From positions 672,001-736,000 of the forward strand of contig CAVZRV010000007.1 in the NCBI GenBank assembly GCA_963777605.1: 64,000 bases of DNA. The letters are read 5' to 3'. The translations under genes were made by a program, and so were the position numbers. Shown piece by piece: positions 48,478-59,905 of the stretch (within the stretch, counting starts at the first letter, position 1; every line of letters starts with the position of its first letter). The stretch comes from an uncultured Acidobacteriota bacterium (GTDB taxonomy: Bacteria; Acidobacteriota; UBA6911; RPQK01; JAPXNP01). The notes under the pieces are model-generated. The model was not told the DNA's origin and made no database searches. It worked only from the letters and a program-made list of their open reading frames with translations.

Positions 48478-51111
48478 ATGGAACAAATCACAGTAAAAGA
48501 ATTGGCAACCGAATTCGAGCTGAAGAGCACGCTCGTCATCTCCGAACTGAAGAAGATCGGAGTATGGGTTCCGTCTGCCACTACGCTGGTCGATACCGAC
48601 ATAGCCAATCGAATCCGGAAGCGCCTTCAGACTCTGGTGGAAGCAGACCAGGATGATAAGGACCGCAAGGCAGACCGTCCCCGCAAGGTTGCCGGCTCAA
48701 AGGCGCGGCGATCCATCAAGGAACTGGGTACGGCGCGCAAACGCTCAGCCAGCAAGAAGGTTGAAGAGGCCGCTACCGAAGCGGAAGCAGCCAGTCTGCT
48801 CGCTGGATCCTTGAAGCCACGTAAGGGGCGCCGATCAACCTATCAGAAGATGGAGGCCCTCAAGGAGGACCATGTCCCAGAGAGGACCGAGGTCACCATC
48901 GAAGACGAGCCGGTCATCGAACCGGCCGAAGTGACCGCACCGGAAGCTCCGGTTGAAGTGGCGGAGGAGTTGACGCTCGAGGCCGCAGGCGCCGAGACGA
49001 CGGAGGAGGCGCCAGTCGAAACGGTCTCGGAAGTCACCCGGGTGGAAGCCGCTGAACCGGTCGAGGAAGTCGTGCAGGAAGCCGGGTCGGCGACAGCAGA
49101 GGCAGCTGAAGAAGAGCCCCCTGCCGAAGAAGCCGAATCAGCTAAAGAGCAGGAGGAATCTGAACCCGTGCCGCCAGTGGATGCGATCGCTGAACCCGAA
49201 CAGGAAGTTGCCCAGCCGACGGCTGAGGAGTTAGTGGCCGAAGGACGGCCTCAGCGCGTGAAGCAGTCACTTGTCAGAAAGAAACAGAAAAAGGAGCGGG
49301 CCAAGGAAAAGGCGAAATCGGAGCCTGCCGCTGACGAAAAAGGCGGCGTAAGCGGTCCGCGTGAGATCTTCTTCCCTGAGCGAATTTCCGTCAAGTCGTT
49401 CGCAGAGGAGACCGGACTCAAGAGTAACGAGATCATCCGAACTCTGATGCAGCAGGGAATGATGGTCACCATGAACCAGCTCCTTGACGAGGCCACGGTA
49501 GAAAAACTTTGCGAGAAGTTCGAGATCGTTCCTCACTTTAAGACTTTTGAAGAGGTTGCGGCGATCCAGGAGCGGAGCGAAGAGCGGCCCGAAGACCTGG
49601 AAGGCCGGGCCCCGGTGGTTACCGTCATGGGGCATGTCGACCATGGTAAGACCACGCTCCTCGATTTCATCCGCCACACGCAGGTTGCTGACGGTGAGGC
49701 AGGCGGGATCACCCAGCACATTGGCGCCTACGATGTTTACACGAACGACCGGAAGATTGTCTTCATCGACACCCCCGGCCATGAAGCATTCACCCGAATG
49801 CGGGCCCGAGGCGCCCAGGCAACCGACATCGTGGTCCTGGTGGTCGCGGCCGACGACGGCGTGATGCCCCAGACCCTCGAGGCGATTGATCACGCGCATG
49901 CGGCCAAGGTTCCGATCATCGTGGCCGTCAACAAGATCGACAAACCGGGTGCTCAGCCCGACCGGGTCAAGCAGCAGTTGAGTGACCGGGGCCTGGTCCC
50001 CGAAGACTGGGGCGGTGACACCATCATGGTGGATGTCTCGGCCAAGGAGGGCACCAACGTCGAATCATTGCTCGAGATGATCCTGCTCGTCTCCGAGATG
50101 CAGGAAATGAAGGCGAACCCGAGTGTCGGTGCTTCGGGTGTTGTGCTGGAAGCCAAGATGGAGCGGGGCCGCGGCACGGTTGCGACCCTTCTGGTCCAGA
50201 ACGGAACCCTTCGGGTCAGTGACAACTTCATCGCCGGCAGCGCCTACGGTCGAATTCGTGCCATGAACAATGACCGCGGCGAAACCCTGTCCGAGGTCGG
50301 ACCGAGCAGTGCCATCGAGGTTCTCGGGCTCCAGGCAATGCCCCAGGCGGGCGATGCGTTCCAGGTCGTGGACGATGCCGGCAAGGCCAAGGACATGGTT
50401 TCCTTTCGGCAGGAAAAGCAGCGCGAACACGACCTCGCAAAATCGGCGAAGGTCAGCCTGGACGACCTCTTTGCCCAACTGCGGGAAGGCGAGGTCAAGG
50501 AACTTCCGGTCGTGCTCAAGGGTGACACCCAGGGATCCGTCGAGGTCCTCGAAGATACCCTCGGGAAGCTCAGCACCGCGAAGGTCCGCATCAACGTCAT
50601 CCACAAGAACGTTGGGGCGATTTCCGAGTCGGACGTTCTCCTGGCATCAGCATCGAATGCCATCATTATTGGGTTCAACGTTCGGCCGGAGAGCAGCGCC
50701 AAGAACCTCGCCGACAAGGAAGAGGTGGAAATTCGCTTCTACAGCGTCATCTACGACGTAGCTCGCGAGGTCGAACAGGCCATGCTGGGACTGCTCGATC
50801 CGACTTTTCAGGAACGCTATCAGGGACGGGCGGAGGTTCGGGACACCTTCCGGATTCCGAAAGTTGGAGCGATTGCCGGTTGTTATGTTCAGGACGGGGT
50901 GATTACCCGTAACTCCCTGGTTCGCCTCCTGCGCGACAGTGTGGTCACGTTTGAAGGAAGACTTTCCTCGCTGAAGCGCTTCAAGGATGACGTGGGAGAA
51001 GTAAAGACCGGTTACGAATGCGGCATCGGGATCGCCAATTTTAACGACATCAAAGTGGGTGATGTCATCGAGGCCTTCGTTCGAGAAGAAGTCGCTCCCC
51101 AGTTGACCTGA
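48478..51111 (+). CDS. infB: Translation initiation factor IF-2
   Basis: [33 protein letters not shown]; AAGGA SD supports ATG 48478. Confidence 0.97.
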   Translation: MEQITVKELATEFELKSTLVISELKKIGVWVPSATTLVDTDIANRIRKRLQTLVEADQDDKDRKADRPRKVAGSKARRSIKELGTARKRSASKKVEEAATEAEAASLLAGSLKPRKGRRSTYQKMEALKEDHVPERTEVTIEDEPVIEPAEVTAPEAPVEVAEELTLEAAGAETTEEAPVETVSEVTRVEAAEPVEEVVQEAGSATAEAAEEEPPAEEAESAKEQEESEPVPPVDAIAEPEQEVAQPTAEELVAEGRPQRVKQSLVRKKQKKERAKEKAKSEPAADEKGGVSGPREIFFPERISVKSFAEETGLKSNEIIRTLMQQGMMVTMNQLLDEATVEKLCEKFEIVPHFKTFEEVAAIQERSEERPEDLEGRAPVVTVMGHVDHGKTTLLDFIRHTQVADGEAGGITQHIGAYDVYTNDRKIVFIDTPGHEAFTRMRARGAQATDIVVLVVAADDGVMPQTLEAIDHAHAAKVPIIVAVNKIDKPGAQPDRVKQQLSDRGLVPEDWGGDTIMVDVSAKEGTNVESLLEMILLVSEMQEMKANPSVGASGVVLEAKMERGRGTVATLLVQNGTLRVSDNFIAGSAYGRIRAMNNDRGETLSEVGPSSAIEVLGLQAMPQAGDAFQVVDDAGKAKDMVSFRQEKQREHDLAKSAKVSLDDLFAQLREGEVKELPVVLKGDTQGSVEVLEDTLGKLSTAKVRINVIHKNVGAISESDVLLASASNAIIIGFNVRPESSAKNLADKEEVEIRFYSVIYDVAREVEQAMLGLLDPTFQERYQGRAEVRDTFRIPKVGAIAGCYVQDGVITRNSLVRLLRDSVVTFEGRLSSLKRFKDDVGEVKTGYECGIGIANFNDIKVGDVIEAFVREEVAPQLT

Positions 51112-51138
51112 CATCCCTGCTCCCGCTGCGATTGAGGA

Positions 51139-51435
51139 TTGCTTGTGCCTATTCTCTTTTGTTCTGCTGAGCTTTATCTGCCCTACTGCCACTCGCTCAA
51201 AGAGAAGCGGCGAGTCATCAAGAGTGCGCAGGAGAAGTTGCGGAACCGCTTCAAATGTTCGGCCAGCGAACTGGATCACCAGGAACTCTGGCAGCGAAGC
51301 CGCATCGGTCTGGCAGTGATTGCTTCCGACCGGCGTTTTCTCGATCAACTGGCTGACCGGATTCAGGAAGAGTGCGAACAGATTCTGGGCGGTAGCCTGC
51401 TCAACTTCACCTCGGAAATGCTGGAGCACCAGTGA
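51139..51435 (+). CDS. DUF503 (YlxP) protein
   Basis: HSLKEKRRVIKS...RF..S.SELDHQELWQR; canonical position after infB. Confidence 0.88.
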   Translation: MLVPILFCSAELYLPYCHSLKEKRRVIKSAQEKLRNRFKCSASELDHQELWQRSRIGLAVIASDRRFLDQLADRIQEECEQILGGSLLNFTSEMLEHQ

Positions 51436-52392
51436 TGATTCTTCGCGACATAGCCGCCTTCATTCAACGCTACGACAATTTCCTGATTACCGCCCACAGC
51501 CGCCCGGATGGTGATGCGATCGGGACCCAACTTGCCCTGGCGGCCGCCCTCCGGAAGCATGGCAAGAAGGTGGAGATCGTCAACGCAGACCCTTTTCCTC
51601 CCAGTTACCGCAATTTGCCGGGAGCGGGCGACATTCGGATCGCGCCGAGCGTGTCGGCCAGTTCGTTCGAGGCGCTGATCATCCTGGAATGCGCAAACCT
51701 GGAACGAACCGGCCTGCTGGGTCTGGAAGGACTCCCCACGCTCAACATCGACCACCACCCCGTCAACGATTATTATCGGTGAAATCAACTGGGTGGACCC
51801 GACGGCTGCCGCAGTTGCAGAAATGCTCTTCACTATGCTGGTGTCGATGGGATGGGAGGTCACGCCCGATATCGCGACCAATCTTTATGCCGCTATTCTC
51901 ACGGACACTGGATCCTTCCAGTTCTCGAACACGACCGCGGCAACCTTCCAGATCGTCTCTCAGCTGGTTCTGGCCGGGGCTCAGCCATCCGAAATCGCCG
52001 AGGAGGTGCTGCTCCGCCAGTCCGAAGCCCGGCTTCGCCTGATCGCCCGCCTCCTCAGCACTCTCGAAATCGACCACGGTGGGAAAATCGCCTGGATCCG
52101 CCTGGACCGAAAAATGCTCACGGAGACGGGGGCACACCGCCACGACACCGAGGGCCTGGTCAATTATCCGCTCAATATCAACGGGGTTCAGCTATGCGCA
52201 TTCTTCCGGGAGGAAGACGCACAAGAGTTTCGAGTCAGCCTCCGATCCAAAGGCCAACTTGACGTGGGGCAGGTAGCCCAGGAGTTTGGCGGGGGCGGGC
52301 ACCGTAATGCAGCCGGACTTTCGGTTGCCGGGACATTCGAAGAGGCCCGGGATGCGGTCATCGAGTCCCTTCGTCAGCTATTGGAGCCCTGA
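51432..52392 (+). pseudogene. nrnA: DHH/DHHA1 phosphoesterase (NrnA-like), frameshifted near 51777
   Basis: HSRPDGDAIG and NIDHH in one frame; YAAILTDTGSF, SLRSK and GGGGHRNAAG in another. Removing one base in TATTATCGGTGAA restores ...YYGEINWVDP. Confidence 0.88.
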
Positions 52393-52393
52393 C

Positions 52394-53299
52394 GTGCCTA
52401 ACGCCGTTGACGTCGATGGCGCTCTCGTTGTCGACAAACCTTCCGGTCCGACTTCCCACGACATTGTCGCTCTCGCCCGCCGATCGATTGGCTGCAAAAC
52501 CGGGCACACCGGGACTCTCGATCCAGCCGCGACCGGGGTGCTGGTGTTGCTTCTCGGCCGGGCAACCCGCCTCTCCCAGTTCATGCTGACTTCCGACAAG
52601 GAGTACCTGGCGTGGATTCGACTGGGGATCGTCACCGACACCTATGACGCGGATGGGCGCATCCTCGAGGAACATCCTGTGCCGCAAATCTCTGGGGAGG
52701 AAGCTGAGCAGGCTCTTTCACCCTTTCGAGGGGCAATCCTGCAGGTTCCCCCGATGTACTCGGCAATCAAGGTCGGTGGCGAACCCCTTTACAAGGCTGC
52801 CCGCCGCTCTGAGGAGGTGGACCGGCCGGCCCGTGAAATCACTGTCTACGGCCTGATCCTGGAAGAGCAAGCCAGCGACCGCTGGCAACTGAGAATCCAT
52901 TGCTCCTCGGGCACCTATATTCGGAGCATTGCACACGATCTGGGCCGGGCTCTCGGTTGCGGAGCACGGCTCGAGCAGCTACGACGAATACGGTCTGGAC
53001 CATTTTCAATCGAACGGGCGATTTCGGTGGATTCGATCCGAGAGAGCTGGCACCAGGGACTGGTTCCACTGGACGGACTGCTGCCCGATTTCCCCGAGGT
53101 GGCTCTGGACCGTGAACAGGCGCGCCGAGTAGTCAACGGGAACCCGATCCGACTTACTGGTCCGGAGGGGAACTGGAGGGAGAACGAGGGATGCGTCCGG
53201 CTCACCTATGCCGGCCGGGTGATCGCGGTTGGAGACGCCGGCGACGACACAGTTAAGCCCCGGATCGTGCTGCGGCAGGAACTGGAAATGAATCTCTGA
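52394..53299 (+). CDS. truB: tRNA pseudouridine(55) synthase
   Basis: DKPSGPTSHD, GHTGTLDP, PPMYSAIK, CSSGTYIRS. GTG 52394 inferred. Confidence 0.95.
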   Translation: MPNAVDVDGALVVDKPSGPTSHDIVALARRSIGCKTGHTGTLDPAATGVLVLLLGRATRLSQFMLTSDKEYLAWIRLGIVTDTYDADGRILEEHPVPQISGEEAEQALSPFRGAILQVPPMYSAIKVGGEPLYKAARRSEEVDRPAREITVYGLILEEQASDRWQLRIHCSSGTYIRSIAHDLGRALGCGARLEQLRRIRSGPFSIERAISVDSIRESWHQGLVPLDGLLPDFPEVALDREQARRVVNGNPIRLTGPEGNWRENEGCVRLTYAGRVIAVGDAGDDTVKPRIVLRQELEMNL

Positions 53300-53419
53300 T
53301 TCGGTCCTCCGGACTCGGTCCCGGAATACCCTCGCGGAGCACTTCCTCGAATGGACTTTGAATGGCAGACTCGCTATGATGCGGTCTTTCACTGAAAACC
53401 AGAGGATCGGAAATACTCC

Positions 53420-53689
53420 ATGTTCTTTCGAAAAGGACTCTCCGGCAGTTCCGGCAAGCTGCAACTCCCACGTACCTCCGAAATCAAGACCCGGCGAGTC
53501 GTGCGGATCGGCCGAAACGACCCGTGCCCATGCGGGAGTGGGAAAAAGTACAAGCAGTGCCATGAGGCAGAGGGGGACCTTTTCCTGTCGCGACTGGCCC
53601 GGCAGCAGGAAATGGAACGCCGCGAACAGGAAGAACGCCAGGCGGGCGTTCCCTGGTTCAAACGGGCGCTCCATCGCCTCGTAGGCTAG
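53420..53689 (+). CDS. Small SEC-C motif protein
   Basis: [19 protein letters not shown]. Confidence 0.8.
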   Translation: MFFRKGLSGSSGKLQLPRTSEIKTRRVVRIGRNDPCPCGSGKKYKQCHEAEGDLFLSRLARQQEMERREQEERQAGVPWFKRALHRLVG

Positions 53690-54541
53690 TCAAAAATCGG
53701 CATCCCCTTGTTCGTGGAACTGGCGGATCAGATCCCAGGCTTCCCGGGGCGAATCGGTGTAACGGACCAGTTCCAGGTGCTTGTCGTCGATCGAGCCCTC
53801 ATCCGCAAGAAACCGGAAGTTGATCACCTGGTCCCAGTACTCCCGGCCGAACAGGATGATCGGGATCTCCTGCATTCGATGTGTCTGCCGCAGGGTGAGC
53901 CCGTCGAAGAGCTCATCGATGGTCCCGAAGCCACCCGGGAAGATTACCAGTGCGCGCGCCCGCAGGAGAAAGTGCATCTTCCGCAGAGCAAAATAGTGGA
54001 ACTGGAAACAGAGTCCCGGAGTGATGTAGGGATTCGGACGCTGTTCGGACGGCAAAGTGATGTTGAGCCCGATTGATTGTGCTCCGGCATCGTAGGCGCC
54101 CCGGTTTGCCGCTTCCATGATTCCGGGCCCGCCACCGGTCACGATCACGTATCGGTGATTCTCGCCTCCCTTGGCATCTCCTGCCACGATAGAGGCAAAC
54201 TCACGAGCCTTGTCGTAGAAGTGGCTCTTGTCAAGAATCCGCTTCGCGATTTCGACTTCCCGGGCCAGGCTGGCGTTCTGGGGAAAGGCCTCGTGGGCCT
54301 CCTTCGCCCGCTTCAGGCGCAACTCTGCCCGGTGCTTCTCGACGATCTGCGTCCCCCCAAAAACCACGATCGTCGAGTTGATGCCCTGCTCAGCGAAGAA
54401 TATCTCAGGTTTCAGCAGTTCCAGTTGCATTCGCACGGGGCGTAACTCGTCCCGTGCGAGAAATTCGATGTCTTTCTCTACGATCCGGTAACTTGGCGAA
54501 GTGAGAATGGCCGTCAGTCGCTCGTCGATGGTCTTTGGCAT
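53690..54541 (-). CDS. LOG family protein (nucleotide phosphoribohydrolase/lysine decarboxylase-like)
   Basis: TGGGPGIMEAANRGA, YFALRK, PGGFGTIDE. Confidence 0.92.
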   Translation of the reverse strand: MPKTIDERLTAILTSPSYRIVEKDIEFLARDELRPVRMQLELLKPEIFFAEQGINSTIVVFGGTQIVEKHRAELRLKRAKEAHEAFPQNASLAREVEIAKRILDKSHFYDKAREFASIVAGDAKGGENHRYVIVTGGGPGIMEAANRGAYDAGAQSIGLNITLPSEQRPNPYITPGLCFQFHYFALRKMHFLLRARALVIFPGGFGTIDELFDGLTLRQTHRMQEIPIILFGREYWDQVINFRFLADEGSIDDKHLELVRYTDSPREAWDLIRQFHEQGDADF

Positions 54542-54615
54542 GATTCGCTTTCCCGGTTGTCTGGTTAAACAGGGCTCGAAGAGGGGACCGTCCCCTTCCG
54601 GGTCGCCTGATCGGG

Positions 54616-57321
54616 CTAAAAGGTTACGGTAAGGACTTCTTCCGGCCCGGAAGGCGCCTTCAGTCCATTGATCACTTTCAATTTCCCAACGTCCGGATCT
54701 CCCACCCGCACCGTGTAACTGCCCGGATGGAAGACCCAGGGACGAAACGTGGGAGTCCCTGAGCGCAGCACGTAAACAAGTTCTCCGCCAACATCGTCAT
54801 AGACCTGGATGACAGGCTCGTCAATGCCCTCCACCTGTACGACCGGCAGGTAGGCAACCGGCTCGCGGGCGTAGTTGTCTTCAATCGAGATGGTCTTGGG
54901 CCACCCAGGATACTGCACGGTATCGGGATCACCTGGCTGGGCATAACGGGGCCAACACTCCATCGTGATGGTACGGCTGGATCGGTCGAACCGAATCAAC
55001 CCATAGCCCGGGGAACGGTCGTGCAAAACCCGGGGCTCGTGGCCGGACTCCACCGGATTTGAGACCGCCCAAACGGTCACCCGGTTCCCGAATCCATCTT
55101 TGAACCGCCCTGTGTACTCCGGCATTCCCGGCTCGCGGTCCGCCCCTGGGTGAGGCGGGTACCAGCGGCGGGGCCAGAGATTTGCGACCGACGGAACACA
55201 AAAGGAAAACCCGGCGTCATCCCAGTCATCCACCCCGTGGTGAACGATACTCGCCAGGTGCTGGTCTCCGCCAATCATGAAAGTAAACCCGCGCCTCAAC
55301 TCCCGGAGGGCCCGATCCCTCCCCGACCTGGGCCAACCATTGGAATCCATGTCTCCCGACAGTTCGTAACCTGGAGGGACGACGCCCTGCGGATAAACCT
55401 GCAATTCGCCGGCACCTTCATCCGTCTTGAATTCAGACGGGTAGGTAGAAATGGCAGCCAGAATTGTCTGTGAAAGGGCGACCTTGGCCCAAGTCCCCTT
55501 CCAGTCCAGAATCCATTTCGCGAGGAAGCGTTCCTGCCTTTGCCCGAGCAGTTCGGCTCCCGGGACGTCTGAATTCAAGAGGTCGTAGCCTTCGGCCTGG
55601 GCAAATCCGTTGACGACCTTTGCGTCCGGAAGCAGAACCGCCGGCGCAGATTTGAATTTCCGGTCCTCGAGAATTGCAAAGCTGATCCCGCCGTATGTCA
55701 TGCTCGTGAAGTAGACACCGATTCCCTGCTCGACCGGGGCAGGATCGACGGGAGCCGGCAAGTGACTGGTCTGGGTCCGCTGGACAAGGTTGACGAACTC
55801 GGGCGACATTACATAGCCACCTCCATCCTGCCGCCAGTTCCCCTCGAAGCCCTTGTAGTATTCGGGGTATTTGCCGTCCGGTGGGTTGGGGCGGGCCGCT
55901 CTCCCTCCGGCACCCCAGACGTTGCCGTGATAGACGTCGTGGTCATCCGGGAGGCAAACCGAGGGAGCGCTCCTGGTCAAATCCTGGTAGGCCCAGCACC
56001 ACATCAGCCACTTGTACAGGTAGTCCAGTTCCGAGTCGGTCCCTCCTCGCCGGTCGGGAGGGGTCGGCCTGGACTCGTAAACCTGGTCGCCTGTGAAGAC
56101 AAGCAGGTCGGGTTTTTCCGACGCGACGTGGGCAACCAGGTCCGAATGGGGGAACCAGATCCGGTTCCGGGCAAACGAGAATTCCTTTCCGAAAGATCCG
56201 TGAGTGTTGCTGTTACCGGTAAACGCCGCGACCACGAGTTGTCCGGTTGGGCGCGGGTCCGCTGGAACCCTGCCCTCAAAGTAGTGGTCGCGGGCCTCCC
56301 CGTCCCGGCCTCGGAGAGGATAGATCAGCCTGAATCGATGAGGCTTCGAGTCATCCCAGTTCTCCACGTGAAAGGATGCTGTCCAGCCAGGGACCATCAA
56401 CTCCGCTTCTCCTGCCGGCTTCCATCCAGTTCCTGCTTCCGGCTCGACTTCGAGACGAACCCTTCGCGAGTCCTCGAATCCCACCGGGGGAAGCTGGGCA
56501 GTCAGATTGAGCACTCCCTTGCTCAACGTAAAAAGGGAAGCGAAGATCGGCCCTACTGCCCGGCTATTGACGACTTCGAACTTGGAACCCTCGGCGGTCC
56601 AGTCACGGAACCAGAACGACTCTCCGCTCTCGGAGGCCGCACCATTGGCGATTAAAGCGACGTTTCCGGTCAATCGATCGCTGGAAACACCCGAGATGGT
56701 CCCTTCCTGGAGTCGTTCCCCGGTTCGATTGTCATACACGGCCAGGGTAATGGAGTATGCTCCCTGGTCCGGTCTGGCGAAGAGTTCGAGCCGGAGATCC
56801 TCGCTGCCGCTGCGTGGGAAGGTCCGACCATCCAGGGACGCCGGCCGCAGGAACTGGAGATCGCTCTCGTTGTCGTAAAAGCAGATATGTCCTTCGCCGT
56901 CGATCGCCGCGATGAGTCCGCCTCCCGGACCCGAGCCGAGGTGAACCAGGGACCTCGCCCGGTAGTCGAGGTCGATCCCGCCGGCCCCGAGCAGGAAACC
57001 GTTCCAACTCTGCCGGTCGAGTTGCTGATTCCCCATCAACCCTGTGCGCACCGTCATTTTGATGTCACCGGTCCGGGTGCTCAATTCCCGCGTCAGGAGG
57101 TGTACCGTACGCATTGGGAGTCGCCCGTCGGAACACTCGATTCGGCCGTCGCTGAGCTGCCAGTCCTGGAGCCGGTTCGCCCAGAACTCCGGCCCGATCC
57201 AACATCGATGGGTACCGCCCGGGAGGTCGGCCTCGAATCGAAACAGGTTTCTCTCGGTGCAGGAGAGCTGCAATCCGATCAACCCGCACAAGACCCAGAC
57301 TCGCGTTACCATCATTCTCAC
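54616..57321 (-). CDS. Alkaline phosphatase D (PhoD-like) family lipoprotein
   Basis: Lipobox-like LSC; GDQVYE, PDDHDV, EDRKFK, LLGQRQ, GDQH motifs. Confidence 0.8.
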   Translation of the reverse strand: MRMMVTRVWVLCGLIGLQLSCTERNLFRFEADLPGGTHRCWIGPEFWANRLQDWQLSDGRIECSDGRLPMRTVHLLTRELSTRTGDIKMTVRTGLMGNQQLDRQSWNGFLLGAGGIDLDYRARSLVHLGSGPGGGLIAAIDGEGHICFYDNESDLQFLRPASLDGRTFPRSGSEDLRLELFARPDQGAYSITLAVYDNRTGERLQEGTISGVSSDRLTGNVALIANGAASESGESFWFRDWTAEGSKFEVVNSRAVGPIFASLFTLSKGVLNLTAQLPPVGFEDSRRVRLEVEPEAGTGWKPAGEAELMVPGWTASFHVENWDDSKPHRFRLIYPLRGRDGEARDHYFEGRVPADPRPTGQLVVAAFTGNSNTHGSFGKEFSFARNRIWFPHSDLVAHVASEKPDLLVFTGDQVYESRPTPPDRRGGTDSELDYLYKWLMWCWAYQDLTRSAPSVCLPDDHDVYHGNVWGAGGRAARPNPPDGKYPEYYKGFEGNWRQDGGGYVMSPEFVNLVQRTQTSHLPAPVDPAPVEQGIGVYFTSMTYGGISFAILEDRKFKSAPAVLLPDAKVVNGFAQAEGYDLLNSDVPGAELLGQRQERFLAKWILDWKGTWAKVALSQTILAAISTYPSEFKTDEGAGELQVYPQGVVPPGYELSGDMDSNGWPRSGRDRALRELRRGFTFMIGGDQHLASIVHHGVDDWDDAGFSFCVPSVANLWPRRWYPPHPGADREPGMPEYTGRFKDGFGNRVTVWAVSNPVESGHEPRVLHDRSPGYGLIRFDRSSRTITMECWPRYAQPGDPDTVQYPGWPKTISIEDNYAREPVAYLPVVQVEGIDEPVIQVYDDVGGELVYVLRSGTPTFRPWVFHPGSYTVRVGDPDVGKLKVINGLKAPSGPEEVLTVTF

Positions 57322-57344
57322 GTTTACTCAATCCTCCCGGAAGC

Positions 57345-58715
57345 CTACAGCGACCAGGGCTTCCGATATTCGTAGTGGAGCAACTCGTTGGCGCCAACCG
57401 GATCGACGATCCGCTCGTGATGAGCATCCCACTCAATCCGCTGTCCCGTGACCAGGGCGATGTTGGCGAGGTGGGCGTAGGTCGTCGAACGATGTCCCTC
57501 TGCAATCGGGCAGGCCGGAGCCCGACGACTCTTCAGGCAGTCCAGGAAATTTCGGACGTGTGCGATCGTGGGATCGCCCTGCTCGACGGACACCTCATCG
57601 GGCCGGCATTTCAGTTCAGGAGGCTGAAACTGGCCGCCGGGCGAGGGAACAATCCGGTATCCGGCTCCCGACTCGTAGGCCGGGGTAGAGTAGAGGTTCC
57701 CAAGGGTTCCCCGCAACTCGACCTCGCCCCCTTCCAGGGCTTCGCCACCGCTCGCCTCGTACTGGCCGAAAACCAGGATCCTCTTCGAAGAAAACTCGTA
57801 GGTGACTTCCATCGTGTCCGGGATGGTCCGGTCATCGTCGACGGCATACTTTCCCCCGTGTGCGGAAATCCATCGCGGCGTCTCTTCGCCAAGCATCCAC
57901 CGGATTGCGTCGAAATAATGGACTCCCCAGTTCCCGACCTGGGATGAGTAGTCCCCCCACCATCGGAAACGGTAGGGGTGGATGTTCTCCTGGAAAGGAC
58001 GCCATTCTCTCGGGCCCAACCAGCTATCCCAGTCGAAGTCTTTCGGAGGTTCTGTCGGCTGCTTCCTGCCGATTCCCGAAGGGTACATGTTGCTCACGTG
58101 ATAAGCCCGCGCGACGCTGACGTGCCCAATTCGTCCTCCCTGGATCAACGGAGGCAGGTTCATGTAAACCGGAGAAGATCGGCGCTGCAGTCCCACCTGC
58201 ACAACCCGGCCCGTGCGTTCCGCCGTCGCGACCATCTTTCGGCCTTCGGCGATGGTGGCCGTCAAGGGTTTTTCAACATAGACGTCTTTGCCGCTTTCGC
58301 AGGCCGCTATCATCTGGAGGGCATGCCAGTGATCCGGCGTGGCGATGACCACGGCATCGATATCCTTACGATCGAGAAGCTCCCTGAAATCCCGGTAGCG
58401 GGCGACAGAATCAGGAAGATTCTCGTCCATCCGGGGAATCCTGCCTCCCAGTTCCTGAAGCCACTGCCGGCTGACCCGGCTGCGGTCCCGATAGAGGTAG
58501 GGCTCGTAGAGGTCACACAAGGCGGCGACTTCCACCTCGGGAAATCCCAGAAAGACGTCGAGCAACTGGCTCCCCCGGTTGCCGACCCCGATGAATCCCA
58601 CTCGGATACGGTCGTTCGCACCGAAACCGGCGGACCTTCCCGCGGTTATGCCGACGCCCAGTCCGGCGGCAACCGAGGTTTCAAGAAATCGTCTGCGATT
58701 AGTCTTCGTAGTCAC
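57345..58715 (-). CDS. Tat-exported Gfo/Idh/MocA oxidoreductase
   Basis: NRRRFL; IGVGNRG; ATPDHWH; EKP; NWGVHYFD; GGAGGT SD before GTG 58715. Confidence 0.92.
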   Translation of the reverse strand: MTTKTNRRRFLETSVAAGLGVGITAGRSAGFGANDRIRVGFIGVGNRGSQLLDVFLGFPEVEVAALCDLYEPYLYRDRSRVSRQWLQELGGRIPRMDENLPDSVARYRDFRELLDRKDIDAVVIATPDHWHALQMIAACESGKDVYVEKPLTATIAEGRKMVATAERTGRVVQVGLQRRSSPVYMNLPPLIQGGRIGHVSVARAYHVSNMYPSGIGRKQPTEPPKDFDWDSWLGPREWRPFQENIHPYRFRWWGDYSSQVGNWGVHYFDAIRWMLGEETPRWISAHGGKYAVDDDRTIPDTMEVTYEFSSKRILVFGQYEASGGEALEGGEVELRGTLGNLYSTPAYESGAGYRIVPSPGGQFQPPELKCRPDEVSVEQGDPTIAHVRNFLDCLKSRRAPACPIAEGHRSTTYAHLANIALVTGQRIEWDAHHERIVDPVGANELLHYEYRKPWSL

Positions 58716-58749
58716 GACACACCTCCGGTCCAGGCTGACGACGCATCTA

Positions 58750-59205
58750 TCAGCCGGTTTGCTTGGTCCAGCCGGACGACGGCCTCGACAATATGAGTCC
58801 GACAAGAGCCAAAAGCATGAATGGAACAGTCGCCGCCGAAGCTCCCCTGAGCAGAGCCAACAGGAACCCGATAATCGCAATGCTCTCGAACAGGGCGCAC
58901 CGCAACAAGAGCATCACCAGGGCAAACTGCTGAAGATTCTGCTGTTCGTTGAGCCCGTCGGATCTGGGCTCGAGAAACCGACTCAACTGGGTGGCCACTA
59001 TGAAGATGACCACGGCCGCCAGAGCAAAGACAAGCACAAGGGGATCCGACAATGAGACCGACACGCCTTCCCGGTCGGCGGGCACGGCAAGCCGAGCCGC
59101 AACCCAGGCGAGGACGCCCAGAATCACGGGGGTCGGAAGAAAGGCTATCCAGAGAATCTGAAGCAACCTGGCAGAATTTGAGTTCTGAACGTTCACTTCA
59201 CCCAC
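58750..59205 (-). CDS. Hypothetical membrane protein (about 4 TM helices)
   Basis: Hydrophobic helices; co-oriented with the downstream oxidoreductase. Confidence 0.65.
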   Translation of the reverse strand: MGEVNVQNSNSARLLQILWIAFLPTPVILGVLAWVAARLAVPADREGVSVSLSDPLVLVFALAAVVIFIVATQLSRFLEPRSDGLNEQQNLQQFALVMLLLRCALFESIAIIGFLLALLRGASAATVPFMLLALVGLILSRPSSGWTKQTG

Positions 59206-59340
59206 CCCTCAGTTCTTGCAGCGAACCACCCCTTCGCGACCTGCCCCAGGAAACGCTTGGCTTCAACTCCAGTTTAGGATAGCGCCGATACTTCACTCCG
59301 GCAAACAGGCCCTCGCCTGCTTGCTGTACAATCGTGCTCA

Positions 59341-59862
59341 ATGGAAGACCTGAGATATCCCGTCGGCAAATTCAAGTTTGATCCTGACATCACTCCCGAA
59401 AAGCGGCGCCAATGGATCGACGCCGTTGGCAGTGCGGCGAACGCCCTCGAAGCGGCGGTTGATGGATTAACCGAAAATCAGCAGGACCTACCCTACCGCC
59501 CGGGCGGTTGGACGGTCCGACAGGTCATTCATCACATGGCCGACAGCCACATGAATGCCTTCATTCGGTTCAAGCTCGCCCTGACCGAGGACAGCCCGAC
59601 CATCAAGACGTACGACCAGGACGGCTGGGCCAACACGGCCGACTCGGCCGCGTCGATCAAACCTTCCCTGCAACTCGTCGCGGCGCTCCACGAGCGGTGG
59701 GTCTCGCTCCTTCAGTCGATGAAGGACGAGGACTTTCACAAGGCGCTCGTGCATCCCGAGATCGGCCAAATCGACCTCGACAAAACGCTCCAGATTTACG
59801 CCTGGCACGGAGGCCATCACGCGGCTCAGATCACGGCCCTCCGCCGGCGCGAAGGGATCTAG
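59341..59862 (+). CDS. yfiT: YfiT/BstA DinB-family thiol transferase
   Basis: DLRYPVG, YRPGGWTVRQVIHHMADSH, LHERW, YAWHGGHH. Confidence 0.88.
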   Translation: MEDLRYPVGKFKFDPDITPEKRRQWIDAVGSAANALEAAVDGLTENQQDLPYRPGGWTVRQVIHHMADSHMNAFIRFKLALTEDSPTIKTYDQDGWANTADSAASIKPSLQLVAALHERWVSLLQSMKDEDFHKALVHPEIGQIDLDKTLQIYAWHGGHHAAQITALRRREGI

Positions 59863-59905
59863 TGTCCCCCTGCATGCACGACAGCTAATGTCCTGGGTCC
59901 CGATC

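Noticed and set aside
51779-51782. TGA in the DHH gene as selenocysteine or readthrough
   Set aside because: The continuation is in a different frame, so it is a frameshift and not an in-frame stop.
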